Source: Ylistrum balloti (lineage: Eukaryota). Taken from it: a stretch of 64,000 bases of DNA. Shown one piece after another: positions 50,297 to 61,971 of the stretch (its first letter is position 1; the number at the start of each line of letters is the position of its first letter). The notes below the pieces were generated by a model, which saw only the letters and a list, made by a program, of their open reading frames with translations, was not told where the DNA came from and made no database searches. The translations under genes were made by a program, and so were the position numbers. Where the stretch lies: positions 434,001-498,000 of the forward strand of contig NW_026782081.1 of the NCBI RefSeq assembly GCF_031769215.1, given 5' to 3'.

Positions 50297-53200
50297 ATGG
50301 AGTCGTCCGAGGAATCGTCTGATAGCGAAATTGAAGATCTGGTCGCCAGAGCACTGGACAAAATTAAAAATACAAAGACAAAATCTAAAAGTAACTGTTC
50401 CAGAAAAGAATCGAAGAAAGAATCCGTGGAACCTGCTAAGAGCAACAGGTAATGTTATTGTCTGTTTGTACCCATCCCATCATTTACTAATTACAGGTTA
50501 CGTTGCGAACATCCTTCGAGTTTAGAGAGTGCACTGGAAATACTCACATTTTCAGTGAATGATAAGCACTAAACTCCCGACTCGTTTATTGAAAAAATAT
50601 ATTCGCCCGAAGATGGCCCCAAGGTCTGAAAACGTTACCGAACTGCCGTGTTGATGTTATCTATATAATTATATATATATAAAGATATAATAGGAAAAAC
50701 AGTTGCCGGTATACTTGAAATTTTTGACAGCTGTATATGACATGCATACCACAAAGTATTTTTTGTCTCTTATAATTCAATTCATCATTCGGTACACTAC
50801 ATGATATTAATATCAAGCCAATATTCCACACCATATGCTAAAGTGAAACGAAAAGAAATAACTCTGGGATATCAGGATGAATGTATAATAGAAATGGACA
50901 GTTGCTGTAAAATCATGTACATATAAATCTTCTTCCAAACGTTGGTGAACCTTTTTGGAATATGTTCTACTGTATTTTTCCTATCCCATAATGTATGGTA
51001 TTGTAGTCAATGGCAAGATTCACAGGTGGTGAGGCTAATTATATCATTTTGTGTAAAAATCGTTTTTTCATTTTGTATTGTTTGTTTGCAAATTAAGCTA
51101 ATGGTAAATGTCATTGTGCATGGGTATTCTAAAATGTACTTCATTGTTTACCTTTACACCAAAATAATGTTTCAGTGTATACTGTGTTGAGAGGATTTTC
51201 TATCCACAGAGTTGATACAGATAAGTGACATATAAAAAAAAAACACTTCTCACTAGAGGCAGTGTTTTTTCAACAATTGTTATCTTTAACTTTGCAGGAT
51301 CACTTTATCATCAAAAATTCAGAGCAGTGTGAATTTACATGATACTTATTTAAAGGAACCAACACAATCAACTGTCAAACAGACAAAGCAATCAACTATT
51401 CAGAATTTATTGAAAGGATCAGACAAAGATGAAGTAAGTGTTTGGACATGAAATAAAGGAGTACTAACATGTGCTATAACCTAGTAAACGTAATTTATGT
51501 TCTCTTTGCATACTCAAATCCATGCTAACAGACATGATAGCACAAAGTGTTTTAAAAAAGTTTGAAAAATATATATTATTGAATGATGAGAATTGGCAGA
51601 AAGTGAAGAAGGAGAATTCATTGAAGTAATGTCGGTTTCTCTTTTTGGTAATCATCAAGAAAAAGAGCAATATGAAAAATATCCCCAAGATGTCTTAAGC
51701 TTGAAGCATTTATAAATCAGATCAGGAAGTAACATGATTTTGTATTTTTAGGTCACCTTTTTGCATTGTCTCCCTTAAACTCAAAACCGATTTTAAAACT
51801 TTTTTGCAGAAATCTTTCATGGCCAAAATGGACTCCAAATTGTGAATTATATGGCCCAAGACCCCTAGGAGCCCTGAGATGTAGGGCTAAAAGGGGTCAA
51901 ATTTACTTTAATTTCATAAATCTTCTCTCAACACCCGGTTATGATTGAATCAAATGCTCTTCATAGATGGAATAGCCTCGTGGTGCTTTACTAAACGTGT
52001 GAATTTTATTACTCCAGGTTCTCTCATTTCGACCTCGGGAGGGATAAAATTTATTTTAGTTTATGCACGAAAATTACACTTTTAAGCATACTTTGTTAGA
52101 ATTTTTGTTGGAAAGATTTCAACCTTTCTTAGAATTTTTACTATAGATGACGACTAGTTGATTTGCATATATTGATCCTGGCTGAACCCCAAGGGTCAAC
52201 GGGCGGAGCCTAAATGGGTTCACCTTGCTAAAGTTTCAAGCATTTTCTTTTCAACCCCCAGATCTGGTAGAATCAAATGTTCTTTACCTAGACGAAAGGG
52301 TCTTTAGGTGCTTTTTCAAAATTGTGTATGTTCCTCTTCATTTTTTTCCTTCATGTTTTATATATTGTTACTTGAATTAAGTCTTACCTGGCACTATTAT
52401 TGTTATCACAATTTCTGTTTTTAATGACACTTATGTATACCCTAATAATCATTTTATTCAATATTGTTTACCTCAGGTGACGGTGAAGGCTGCAAGGCCT
52501 CATTGTTTTTAATGTCAAAATAATCCTTTGCATTTTGAAATGTGTTTTATTATTATTATTTTTTTTTTTAGATAATGAAAAAGAGTGTTCTTCAACCAGA
52601 TATAGAAAAGAAGTATGCATTACCACCCTATCAGGAAAGTTTACAGAAGCTGAAAAAACAGAGGAAGGTAGGATATTACATGTCAGCAATTACATTATAT
52701 GAATATTTCAGAACTCGTCAAGTCCAGAACAGAACTTGACAGAACTGTAAAACATAATGCATTGGGATTTTTATGCTGGTAAAAAAAAGTCAAAATAATG
52801 AATGATTTATTGCTTCAAGTATTGATTTATTGTTACAATCACCATGGAAACAAATTCAGGTGTCTTACTAGTCTGATGTTTTGTGTTCTTTCACAGAAAG
52901 ATAAACAGATGACTAAAGGGAAAGGCTGGTTCAATATGAAGGCACCTGAGATGACAGAAGAGACGAAAAATGACCTAACTGTTCTACAGATGAGACGAGC
53001 ACTGGACCCAAAACGCTTTTACAAGAGTAATGACATTAAGACTCTTCCTAAATTTTTCCAGGTTTGTCATACTTTCAATTTAGCCATTAATTGTGGGAGT
53101 TTCCAATTAATCATTATATTGGTATGTGAAATACAACATTTCTTGTGGTCCAACCTTTTGTGTCAAACCACCATCAAATGGATAGTTAAGATCCAAGTCT

Positions 53201-54557
53201 TGCATCAAGTGAAAAAACTCTACCTTTCCTGAATACGATCTGAATCAGAAGCAGCTCCATTACAATTAGTCAAAACTTTGTACAGTTATTAAGCTAGTAA
53301 TGTAGTAGTGCCTTTTGCTATGAAGAAGTTCTCCATTTAGATCCTTTTTCTGTTACCATGGAAGCAGAAAGGGTGAATCACAAATTTAAGTTTTTCTGGA
53401 TCAATGCTCAGAAACCATTCAAGATAATTGCTCAAAACTTTGTACAGTTTTAAAGCTAGTAGTGTAGTGGTACTATTTGCTATGGGGAACTTCTCCATAT
53501 AAATACTTTTTCTGTAACCATGTAAATAGATAAGCTAAATCACAAAAAATTAAGTTTTTTAGACCAGTTCCCAAAATTACTCAAAACTATGTACAGACAT
53601 AAAGCTAGTATTCTAGAAAAAGTCCTCCATTTAAGTTCTTTGTATGGAACTATTAAAAATAACAAATAGAGTTTTAAATTATATATATATATATATGATT
53701 GTGTTTCTTTCTATTAAACAGCGGGTGTGAGGGATAATGTCATGCTTTGTGTTATCTTGTTTAATATCGAGACAACTATTATGACTCCCTTACTACTGAT
53801 CAATATGTTGTACACACAATTTCTTGTTGATTACAGTTTGGAAAAGTTATTGAGAGTCCGGTAGATTTCTACCATTCCAGGATTCCAAAGAAACAGAGAA
53901 AATCTACCATGGTGGATGAATTATTAGCTGATGCAGAATTCAGAACGTAAGAACAATATTAGTCAATAACTTGTATCTGTATGTCTGTCATTTGTGTTTG
54001 TAGTGTAGTGTTTTAGTACAGGTAAACACTGAATACTGATTTTAAAAAGTTGAGCTGCATAGAATATTGACATGGAAATTTTGAAAGCCTTTCAATGTTT
54101 AGACTTCATTTATAGAAATTGGTGTGGAATTAGTAATATATCTTTTCAGTATTTGAATGAAACAGCACAGCATTGATAGGAAATATTTTAAAATTCATAA
54201 GTTGCAAGGAAATTGAGAAAAAGAAATGTCAGAATCCTTTCAGTGCTGCAACTACGTAGAAATTAGTGTGAAAATAGTGTGAAATTAGTAAAAACTTCAT
54301 TTTGATATTTAACAACATAATTTTATAAGGAATCTTTCAAAATCCTTTAATTGTTTTCTTGTATTAAAGCTGTCTCCTTTGTTTTGTTCCTATTTTCTTT
54401 CTAAAATCATTAAACATTGTTTTGTAAAACTTTTCTTCTGTTGAATCTATTCACTCTCAGGTACAACAAGAGAAAGTATGTCGAGATACAAGAAGCAAAG
54501 CGGAAAGGAGCAGGACCATACAAGCACATGAAAAGACTCAAGAACAGAAAACGATGA
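50297..54557 (+). CDS. DNTTIP2: Fcf2-domain pre-rRNA processing protein (deoxynucleotidyltransferase terminal-interacting protein 2-like), 6 exons, about 251 aa
   Basis: Exons 50297-50448, 51298-51433, 52572-52667, 52897-53061, 53837-53946, 54461-54557; GT-AG, in frame (756 nt). Fcf2 motif: GKGWFNMKAPEMTEETKNDLTVLQMRRALDPKRFYK..LPKFFQFGKVIESPVDFYHSRIPKKQRKSTMVDELLADAEFR.YNKRKY. Confidence 0.9.
53250..53640. repeat. About 160 bp degenerate tandem repeat (2.5 copies) in DNTTIP2 intron 4
   Basis: The caaaactttgtacag...aagctagta anchor recurs near 53271, 53433 and 53582. Confidence 0.7.
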
Positions 54558-54587
54558 TTTATGTTAGATATTTCATATCATTGATGG

Positions 54588-54593
54588 AATAAA
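54588..54593 (+). terminator. Candidate DNTTIP2 polyadenylation signal
   Basis: AATAAA 30 nt after the stop; a second one at 54673-54678. Confidence 0.35.
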
Positions 54594-55165
54594 TATATCT
54601 TGTTAAAAGGAATTTGCAAAACTTACCATGTACAGTGTAGATTATGTTGTGGCACTTTCAGTAAAAGTGTCAAATAAAAATGATAATTAAAATTTCTGTT
54701 AAATGTCAGTCATCATGATTTGTGGATCTGTGTTGATATCACTACACTGTATTTCATTACTGCTATGGACAAGACTATAAATCAAATAAAGGTGTGTTGG
54801 GAGACAGCAAGAAAATCAAAGTTAAAAAACAATTAAGAAAATGTCCATCAGAAACTACAAGCAATAGACAGGCTACAATAAAAGATTCGAGGCAAGGACT
54901 CTTTAACATAACTATATACTTCTGATAATGTCAAGGTCATGATGTTATCAAAAATCATATTGTCGTTGGGAAAAGTAAGAAGTTATAAGTTATTATTAAT
55001 ATTTTACACACCATTGAGGATATAGAAAGTGAGGTTAATAATTGATGAAGGCAAAACATCTACCAGAGTTGTTATTCCTAATAGTCGCAATGCATTCTGG
55101 GAGAGATTGCATTTTAAGTATTTCTTGATTAATCTTTCGTTTGTTCATTTTCCCTGATTCGTGGA

Positions 55166-56540
55166 TTAGGTATGGACTGACAGATCTGTTATTTCGTTTC
55201 CATGGACAGTTCCGGCAAACGGCTTGTTTTCTAATGCTACAACCGATGTCTGCTGTCCAGCTGAGTCATAAGAACATAGCAGCCGATCTTTATTGCACAC
55301 AATCAAGATGCATTTATCTGAATGGTAATATACAGTGTTCTCTACCTCTGAATCGGCTGTGCTCTCGACAATCCATTTTTTCTCTTCTTGTATTGCCCAA
55401 GACGTCGGAGCGTATATAGGCTTATGATTCAGTTTCATATCCACTGAACTCACCGCGCTAAGATTGTCAATTCTATAGAGGATTCTCGTCAAATCGTGAA
55501 AATGTGTCATTTCGTTATATATCAAAGTTTTAACAGGTATCCTTTCCTTTCTGTCAGTATTATCTTTGTACTTTGCCATTGCACGTTTCATGTAGAGGAA
55601 AATTTGTTCTTCTGAAGCCGATGTCTGGATGAGACGATTTAAAACGTTTTCAAAAACCTTTCTTTCCTGTCATTGTCTTCTTTTGCCGCGACCAAATCCC
55701 TTAATGCATTTGCATGAATGTGCTCTAACTCTGTTTTGTAGTTCTTAAGGAGAAGTTCCAACCGTTCACATATTTTATCAACAAATGTTTCTACCGTTTT
55801 CCCCATTAATGAGCGTTTTAATGCAAGATGTCTAAGGTTTTGGTCAATAGCATGTTCTGTTTGTTGTGGTTCATTTAAAGTTTCTCGTAGCTGGTTGAGA
55901 CTTTCAGTGTATTCCCGGTTTGTTTTCACACACGTCGATGCATCATGTAGATCAACAACATTTTCACAACTGCGATGATCAACCATATAACACAGTGCAC
56001 ACAATGCTATCTTGTGGTGAACGCAAAATAAGCGGACATGTTCGTCAGGATGCATTGTAAGGTTTCATGTGGATTGATCAGAGATGAGTTCTTTAAAGCT
56101 AGACGCAGCGGCACAATTTCATGTCGCTTGGTCATCTTCATGGACCCGTGTACAGCTTTGCAGGACTCACAACTCAGAACACTGCTTACACCAATACGCA
56201 GCATTCTGAATACTCGAGTTCACCAAACATACATCACATTTTTTAATTCCTCTCCGTATGTCATCTTGGTCAATACATGACTGGTCAGACGATCCCTGGG
56301 ATACAAATTTGCCCACTGAGGAATATCATCATGGGTCCATCCAACGGGAGGTTCTGATTGTATGCCACAAACGGGACACTTGAAGGACAGTTTGTTGGAA
56401 CCTTTTGTAACTTTAGACACGATCCATTTACTCAAGCATATCTCAAAGAAAGTATAAAGGCACGGGAGGTATTTCGGTGTGTTGTAAGTTTGCCGACATA
56501 AATGGCACACTATGATGTTTTCTTCTCGTTGTAATTCCAT
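55166..56540 (-). pseudogene. Intronless TRIM-like (RING, two B-boxes, coiled coil, partial propeller) pseudogene
   Basis: ATG at 56540 (MELQREENIIVCHLC). The RING has lost ligands (PCLYTFFEIC versus PCLHTFCEQC in the neighbour). The domains continue only by switching frame near 56240, 56170, 56055 and 55660: KCDVC..AAYWCKQCSE / CESCKAVHGSMKMTKRHEIV / HPDEHVRLFCVHHKIALCALCYMVDHRSC / coiled coil. Confidence 0.8.
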
Positions 56541-58564
56541 ACTGATGATATCTGAAACAAATATTCGTATTAAAATTAATATCACAATTTGGAAAATTAC
56601 AGATTGTAAATGAATAATTTTCACGATTTAGAGAAAAGTATCCTGGGGATCAAGCAGATTAATTTCATGTTGATAATTCATGATCCAATTTATAAAGGGT
56701 CTTAAATAAGTTTTCATTTTCATATGAACTTAAATGATACATGTCTTAAAGGATTTTATTTTTCTTAACCTTGGCGATTCACAGGGTAACACACCGACTA
56801 AATTAATATAATAAATATCACACGATTCAGAATATACGAATACATGATTTTTCAAATTTATTTGATATGAAAATTTCCTTCGAAAAATATTGAATTATGA
56901 GGTTTTGCACCTCTATGTTTTGACATTGATTGCGCTCGATTTTCCTGACTTGTCCTATAGGTTTCCATAATTTCGACCCCTAGCATCACAACGAGTTGTA
57001 GAAGTATGATATTGTTGTATGGTGCAGCTTAATTCATGACATTATCTGGCCCTACTGTATCGAATCTAAAGCCAAAGTTTATACAATGTGTTCACTTATT
57101 CCTTGTTTTAATATACCTTTGTTTTCTCTATTTTTATTTTTTCTTGAAATTCGAAGACATATCTTCATGTATGCTGTTATCTGTTTATTTGCTGTATGTT
57201 TGTTACACATTAAAAATGACTTCGATGAAAGATTGATATGTTTCCTAATGTAAACGACTCATATATCAGTTGTAGCTTAAATGCTAATCAGTCTGTTTTT
57301 TTTCTATATTTAAAACTTAATATCATATTTTCAGTACATTTAATGAAGTGTAGGCTATTATTCTTTGCCATTTATGAAGAAGATATTTGGCGTGGTAATC
57401 TTCCACTTCTTTATATCAAACATCCTGGAGTAGTTATACCATGATCAGCATGAATTTTGTATCATATATCCCCTAATACAGTACACGTAGCTATGATTAA
57501 AACAAACAACTGAACGGGAACTCGATTCGACAGTGATAGCATACCGAGGTACGCTATAATTTGATTACGCTGAGGTGGACCATATTTCACGGATGCAGTA
57601 AATCACAAAAACATTCTTGACACTATCTGGCAAGAATCGATAGTAATCCGAACAGTTTAATGCTTATAAATTTTGAAACCTTGTCTGAAAACTACTCCGA
57701 TCTACGTTACAAACGTAAAATCAGTCTTCATGTCTTACATTTACTTCATATACTTAATAATGTATGTGCCTCTCCCGTTAACCGCCATCTTGTACCCATG
57801 TCTGTCGTGGAGATACTTTTCAGTGTGTTAGTCAAAAAACTATCTAGCATTGTCATCCACAATGGCTTAAACATGCCTTGTGAATAATCTACAGCAGTCA
57901 CGTTTGACTGATAAAATCTGTTGTTGGCAACTGCCAAAGCAATATCATGTCCTATACTTGATAAAATATACTTCTCTTGTAGTTGCTGACAACGTTTCTG
58001 AAGGAATCATTCGACAAAGCATGAGTCAGGTAAACCGATATGACATATTTCAGCTGTAGTCGGTATCTAAAATACATACATGTACAAGATCAATGTTAAC
58101 ACACTCATACAGGTGTGAAAACATGGTCACCGGGGAAAATTTCAAAATATTTCTGAAAATGTTCGAAGAAAAAATAACTGTCAATATAATTTAATCTGTT
58201 TACTGACATACATTAAGTGTTGTCTATGTAAATCTGTCACCGATATAGTCAGAATTAATACACATAGCAAAATTAGCATGGGAATGAAACCAATTGGATA
58301 ATGATTTTGAGTTAGTCCCGTTATGTGCTCTCGATCTCGCGGTATCTTGGCAGAAACTGGTATTTTGTTTGTTCTCAAATTCATTTATTTATTATATAAA
58401 AAAATAAATGAAAAGTTACATTTTCATTGGACATGCCTGATAATGCATTGAAAAGTTAATTGTGTAAATTCCATGTTGATACAAATACTTTGGTACTTGG
58501 TGGGCGGTTATCACGTCTATCTGATTTACGAGTTGTGTGTGCGTTTAAATTTTTGTCGGATAAC

Positions 58565-59761
58565 ATGGCAATGCCAAACGATTCTGGTGATTTAACGGTT
58601 TGCTCAATTTGCTTACAGATATTCACTGTACCGAAATATCTACCATGTCTTCATACTTTCTGTGAACAGTGTCTGCAAAGCTGGATAGAATCACAGGTAT
58701 CAAGGACAGGCAGTAATATACGAAATGTTGTGTTTATGTGTCCAATATGTCGTACCCTGACAAACCTTCCGGGTAGTGCCAACAAGAGAGACAAATGGGC
58801 TAGTACTTTCCCCAGTAACCACATCATTGTATCGCTGATCGATAAGTCGATGATTGAAAGGCGAAAGAAATCATGTGATTCGTGTACCGAAATGAAGAAA
58901 AGCGTTCCTGCCAACCACTGGTGTGTTCAGTGCTCGGAGGCTTATTGTGACCAGTGCACACATGTACATCAAGCAATGAAAGCTACAAGAAAACATAAAG
59001 TGGTTGGTTTACAGGACGTTCTCAGCGATTTAAAGTGTCTTTCGTCTGATGAAATGTGTAATGAGCACGCAGAGGAAGTGATCAAGCTATACTGCGTAGA
59101 CCATGACCAACCATGTTGTACAATATGCGGTGCGACATCCCATCGGAAGTGCAACAATGTTCTAGAACTATCCGAAGCTTCTAACAATGTTAGAAACAAA
59201 CAAGAGTTTTCGGACCTGTTGACGAACCTAACAGAGTGTGAAAGGGAGATTAGCAAAACATCGAAATCTCTTCAAGAAAATCTGACACAATTGAACGTTG
59301 AAAAACTGAATGTAGAAAGATCTGCAAAAGAATTAGCAGATACTGTAGTTAATCATACGAAGGCTTTGCTCAACCGTTTTCTAAAACAGTTATCTGAGGC
59401 ACACACAAATGCAATGGATGAATTAAAAAACAATGCCGAAAAATGTGATCTTCAACAGAAAGTGATCAGCAATTCCAGGCAAATCCTGGAGAAATCCAGG
59501 GAGCACAGTGCAGACACCGAATTGTTTCTCCTAATGAAACGAACGGAGACAAAACGTAAAGACAGTAAAACGTTTATTGAAGATGAAATGCCGAAGATGA
59601 CTCTTAAACATGTAAGACATACTTTCTCAGATTCACTTCAAACCTTCAAAAATGCGAAATCCTTTGGTGGAGTTAAATTTTCAAATTCCCGAGGGGTTAC
59701 TGAGCCTACAGATGGACGGTCGCTACCACGCCGCAAACCAAATGTATTCATTTTTTCATAG
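58565..59761 (+). CDS. Intronless TRIM-like E3 ligase (RING, B-box1, B-box2, coiled coil), C-terminally truncated
   Basis: Open ORF, likely ATG at 58565. C3HC4 RING (CSIC..PKYLPCLHTFCEQC..CPIC), B-box1 (CDSC..HWCVQCSEAYCDQCTHVH..TRKH), B-box2 (CNEH..LYCVDHDQPCCTICGATSHRKC), then a coiled coil. Confidence 0.85.
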   Translation: MAMPNDSGDLTVCSICLQIFTVPKYLPCLHTFCEQCLQSWIESQVSRTGSNIRNVVFMCPICRTLTNLPGSANKRDKWASTFPSNHIIVSLIDKSMIERRKKSCDSCTEMKKSVPANHWCVQCSEAYCDQCTHVHQAMKATRKHKVVGLQDVLSDLKCLSSDEMCNEHAEEVIKLYCVDHDQPCCTICGATSHRKCNNVLELSEASNNVRNKQEFSDLLTNLTECEREISKTSKSLQENLTQLNVEKLNVERSAKELADTVVNHTKALLNRFLKQLSEAHTNAMDELKNNAEKCDLQQKVISNSRQILEKSREHSADTELFLLMKRTETKRKDSKTFIEDEMPKMTLKHVRHTFSDSLQTFKNAKSFGGVKFSNSRGVTEPTDGRSLPRRKPNVFIFS

Positions 59762-60719
59762 AAAAACCTCATTTTGACAATTCGACTGACATACCTCCTT
59801 TGACAGGAGCGATAGTGTCGGCATATTTGTGAGTTAACGAGTAAACGGTCTATTTATACATGATCGATTTTTTCTCTCGAGATACGCATGCCTATTTCGA
59901 CGTGCCTTCCTCTTCCCTGGCATATACTTTCGTCTATACTTACCATAACTACGCTTAAGTTTTAAACAGTGACATTAGTAAATGTAGAATATATCATCCC
60001 ATTGAATTTATTGTTTTATTACATTTTCTAACATCACATTCCTTGATTATAAATATATATGCACATCATCCTTTGCAATTCCATGTAACAATATTAAACC
60101 AACCAGAAACAAATTTTGATAGCACTTAACCAGAGATTTGAAATAAAGATTTCGGCCGACCTTTCGTTTGCTTTTCATGATGTTTGTCTACATGTGCCTA
60201 TTCTTTTACTTTTAGTATTCCGAACGCTCAGTTTATTACTCATGAACACATTATCTTTGTGTTGGCAGCTTTAATCTTGTACCCCAGTACCTAAAGGTTA
60301 TATATCTTACAGGACTACACAAATTGTAACACGGCCTCCTTTACCAGTAAAATATTAACTCTCAGTATAAGCCGACTTGACCTATTTTTTGGTGTATTGA
60401 AACTATTTAATCATGTTGTATGGTATCTTCGGATTTGTAAAATTTTGTAAAGATTTTCTTCTTTAAGAACACCAAAAAACCAATTTAATCAAATTTGCCT
60501 GCCTTATCTTTAGAAATCAGGACCATGTCATGTTCATTATATATACTTGACTAGTGGAATAATCGAACATTCTCGAGGCGATAGACTGAAATGGTCTCTC
60601 ATTTGAAGGTTTAATATTGATTTATTATGGTGTTGCCATAATTCTTAGTTTTGTCCTTACGGAACCACAATATTAAATGCACCAAACCAGTTTAACTGAA
60701 ATTGTACATATTTATAAGA

Positions 60720-61244
60720 AAGAAGATCAATTTCCTCTCGTCTGTTTGGAAAATGAAACATCAAAAGTGTATTACGGGAAGTAGTAGGTAAATGTGATGA
60801 CAAGATGTATCATGGCATGTTTCAAAACTTGGAATTTAACAGATATAAAAACGATTACCTCTAGATATAAACGAAATAATTATAGTAGAATTAGAAATCA
60901 AAAGCATAAATCGTTTCATTATTAGCTTATTAACGATAAATGTAGACATAGGCTCTCTTCCAATACGATGTGCTCAAACAGAGAGGAAGATATTAATTTG
61001 ATGGTGAAAACGGGCTTAACTGGAAAGAGTTTGCTACTGGTCGATTTCTGTCTGGCCTTAACAAAATGAACTTATTAAAAGGTCAATTCGATAGTAGAAT
61101 CTAGAGTTCTTCACGTCATGATTATCATTTTCTTATATTCGGTGAGAGTCTTACACAGGAATTCAGCGTGATAATGGCAAGCGATGACATGCCAGTATTA
61201 TCCAACATTAAGCGCAATTTCGCATTTTGAGCAACAGACTTTAA
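60720..61244 (-). pseudogene. Decayed coding relic, possibly an NHL-like propeller of another TRIM-like gene; continues at 63853-64000 beyond the Kolobok-like insertion
   Basis: Joining across the TTAA gives minus-strand fragments PYDVIQVCKNKDGENLIKVC..ALNVG*YWHVIACHYHAEFLC and, in other frames, ISRGNRFYIC and CFIFQTDERKLI, with many stops. The resemblance to NHL-like blades was judged by eye only. Confidence 0.3.
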
Positions 61245-61971
61245 AGCGGCTATTAACTTAGATTTCAACATCGGGAAATGGAGAATTCGGCTTATGAATA
61301 ATAAAATATATCCATAATAAAGCGATACACGCGCCTATAACGTCAAATTTGTTGTTTTTGTCCATATTTTCGGCCTCGGAACATTGTTTATCTTGCCTAT
61401 TGTTTATAAACATGTTCACGCTCGGTTTATTACGAAGAAAGCCGAGTGGGTCACATGGCTTGTTACGTGACGAATTCATTTACATCCGCCACAAAGAAAA
61501 AATGGATTACGAGGTAAACAAACGCACATGTCTTATGTATAGTACTTGCTTTTGCCCCTTTCTGCTAATTCTTGTTTGCATTAAATGATTCTATAGTGTT
61601 ATAATATGTAATTTTTAACAATCAATCTTAGCAATTCGTTTTGATTTGGCTTTGTCATGCGAGACTTATCTATGTCAATCGCAAGGCGTTAAACTAGTAT
61701 TTCCCCAAAGGGGGTAAATACAATCGGAAAAGAAAAAACTCATTGTGCAGAAATGCACAGGAATTGATACTTTGTCTATACACATTGACAGATATTGCAC
61801 TGTTTATTATGAAGGCTATGTTTATCATCACGGTTGTTATTCTTACAGTATCATCAGTAACGGCCTTTTTGTACACTTCTTCAACATTTTAAGTATTGTT
61901 GCTCATAACACATCAAACACTGAATATTGGAATCAATGACAGGCGGATACGTTATAATTATAGGACTAACG

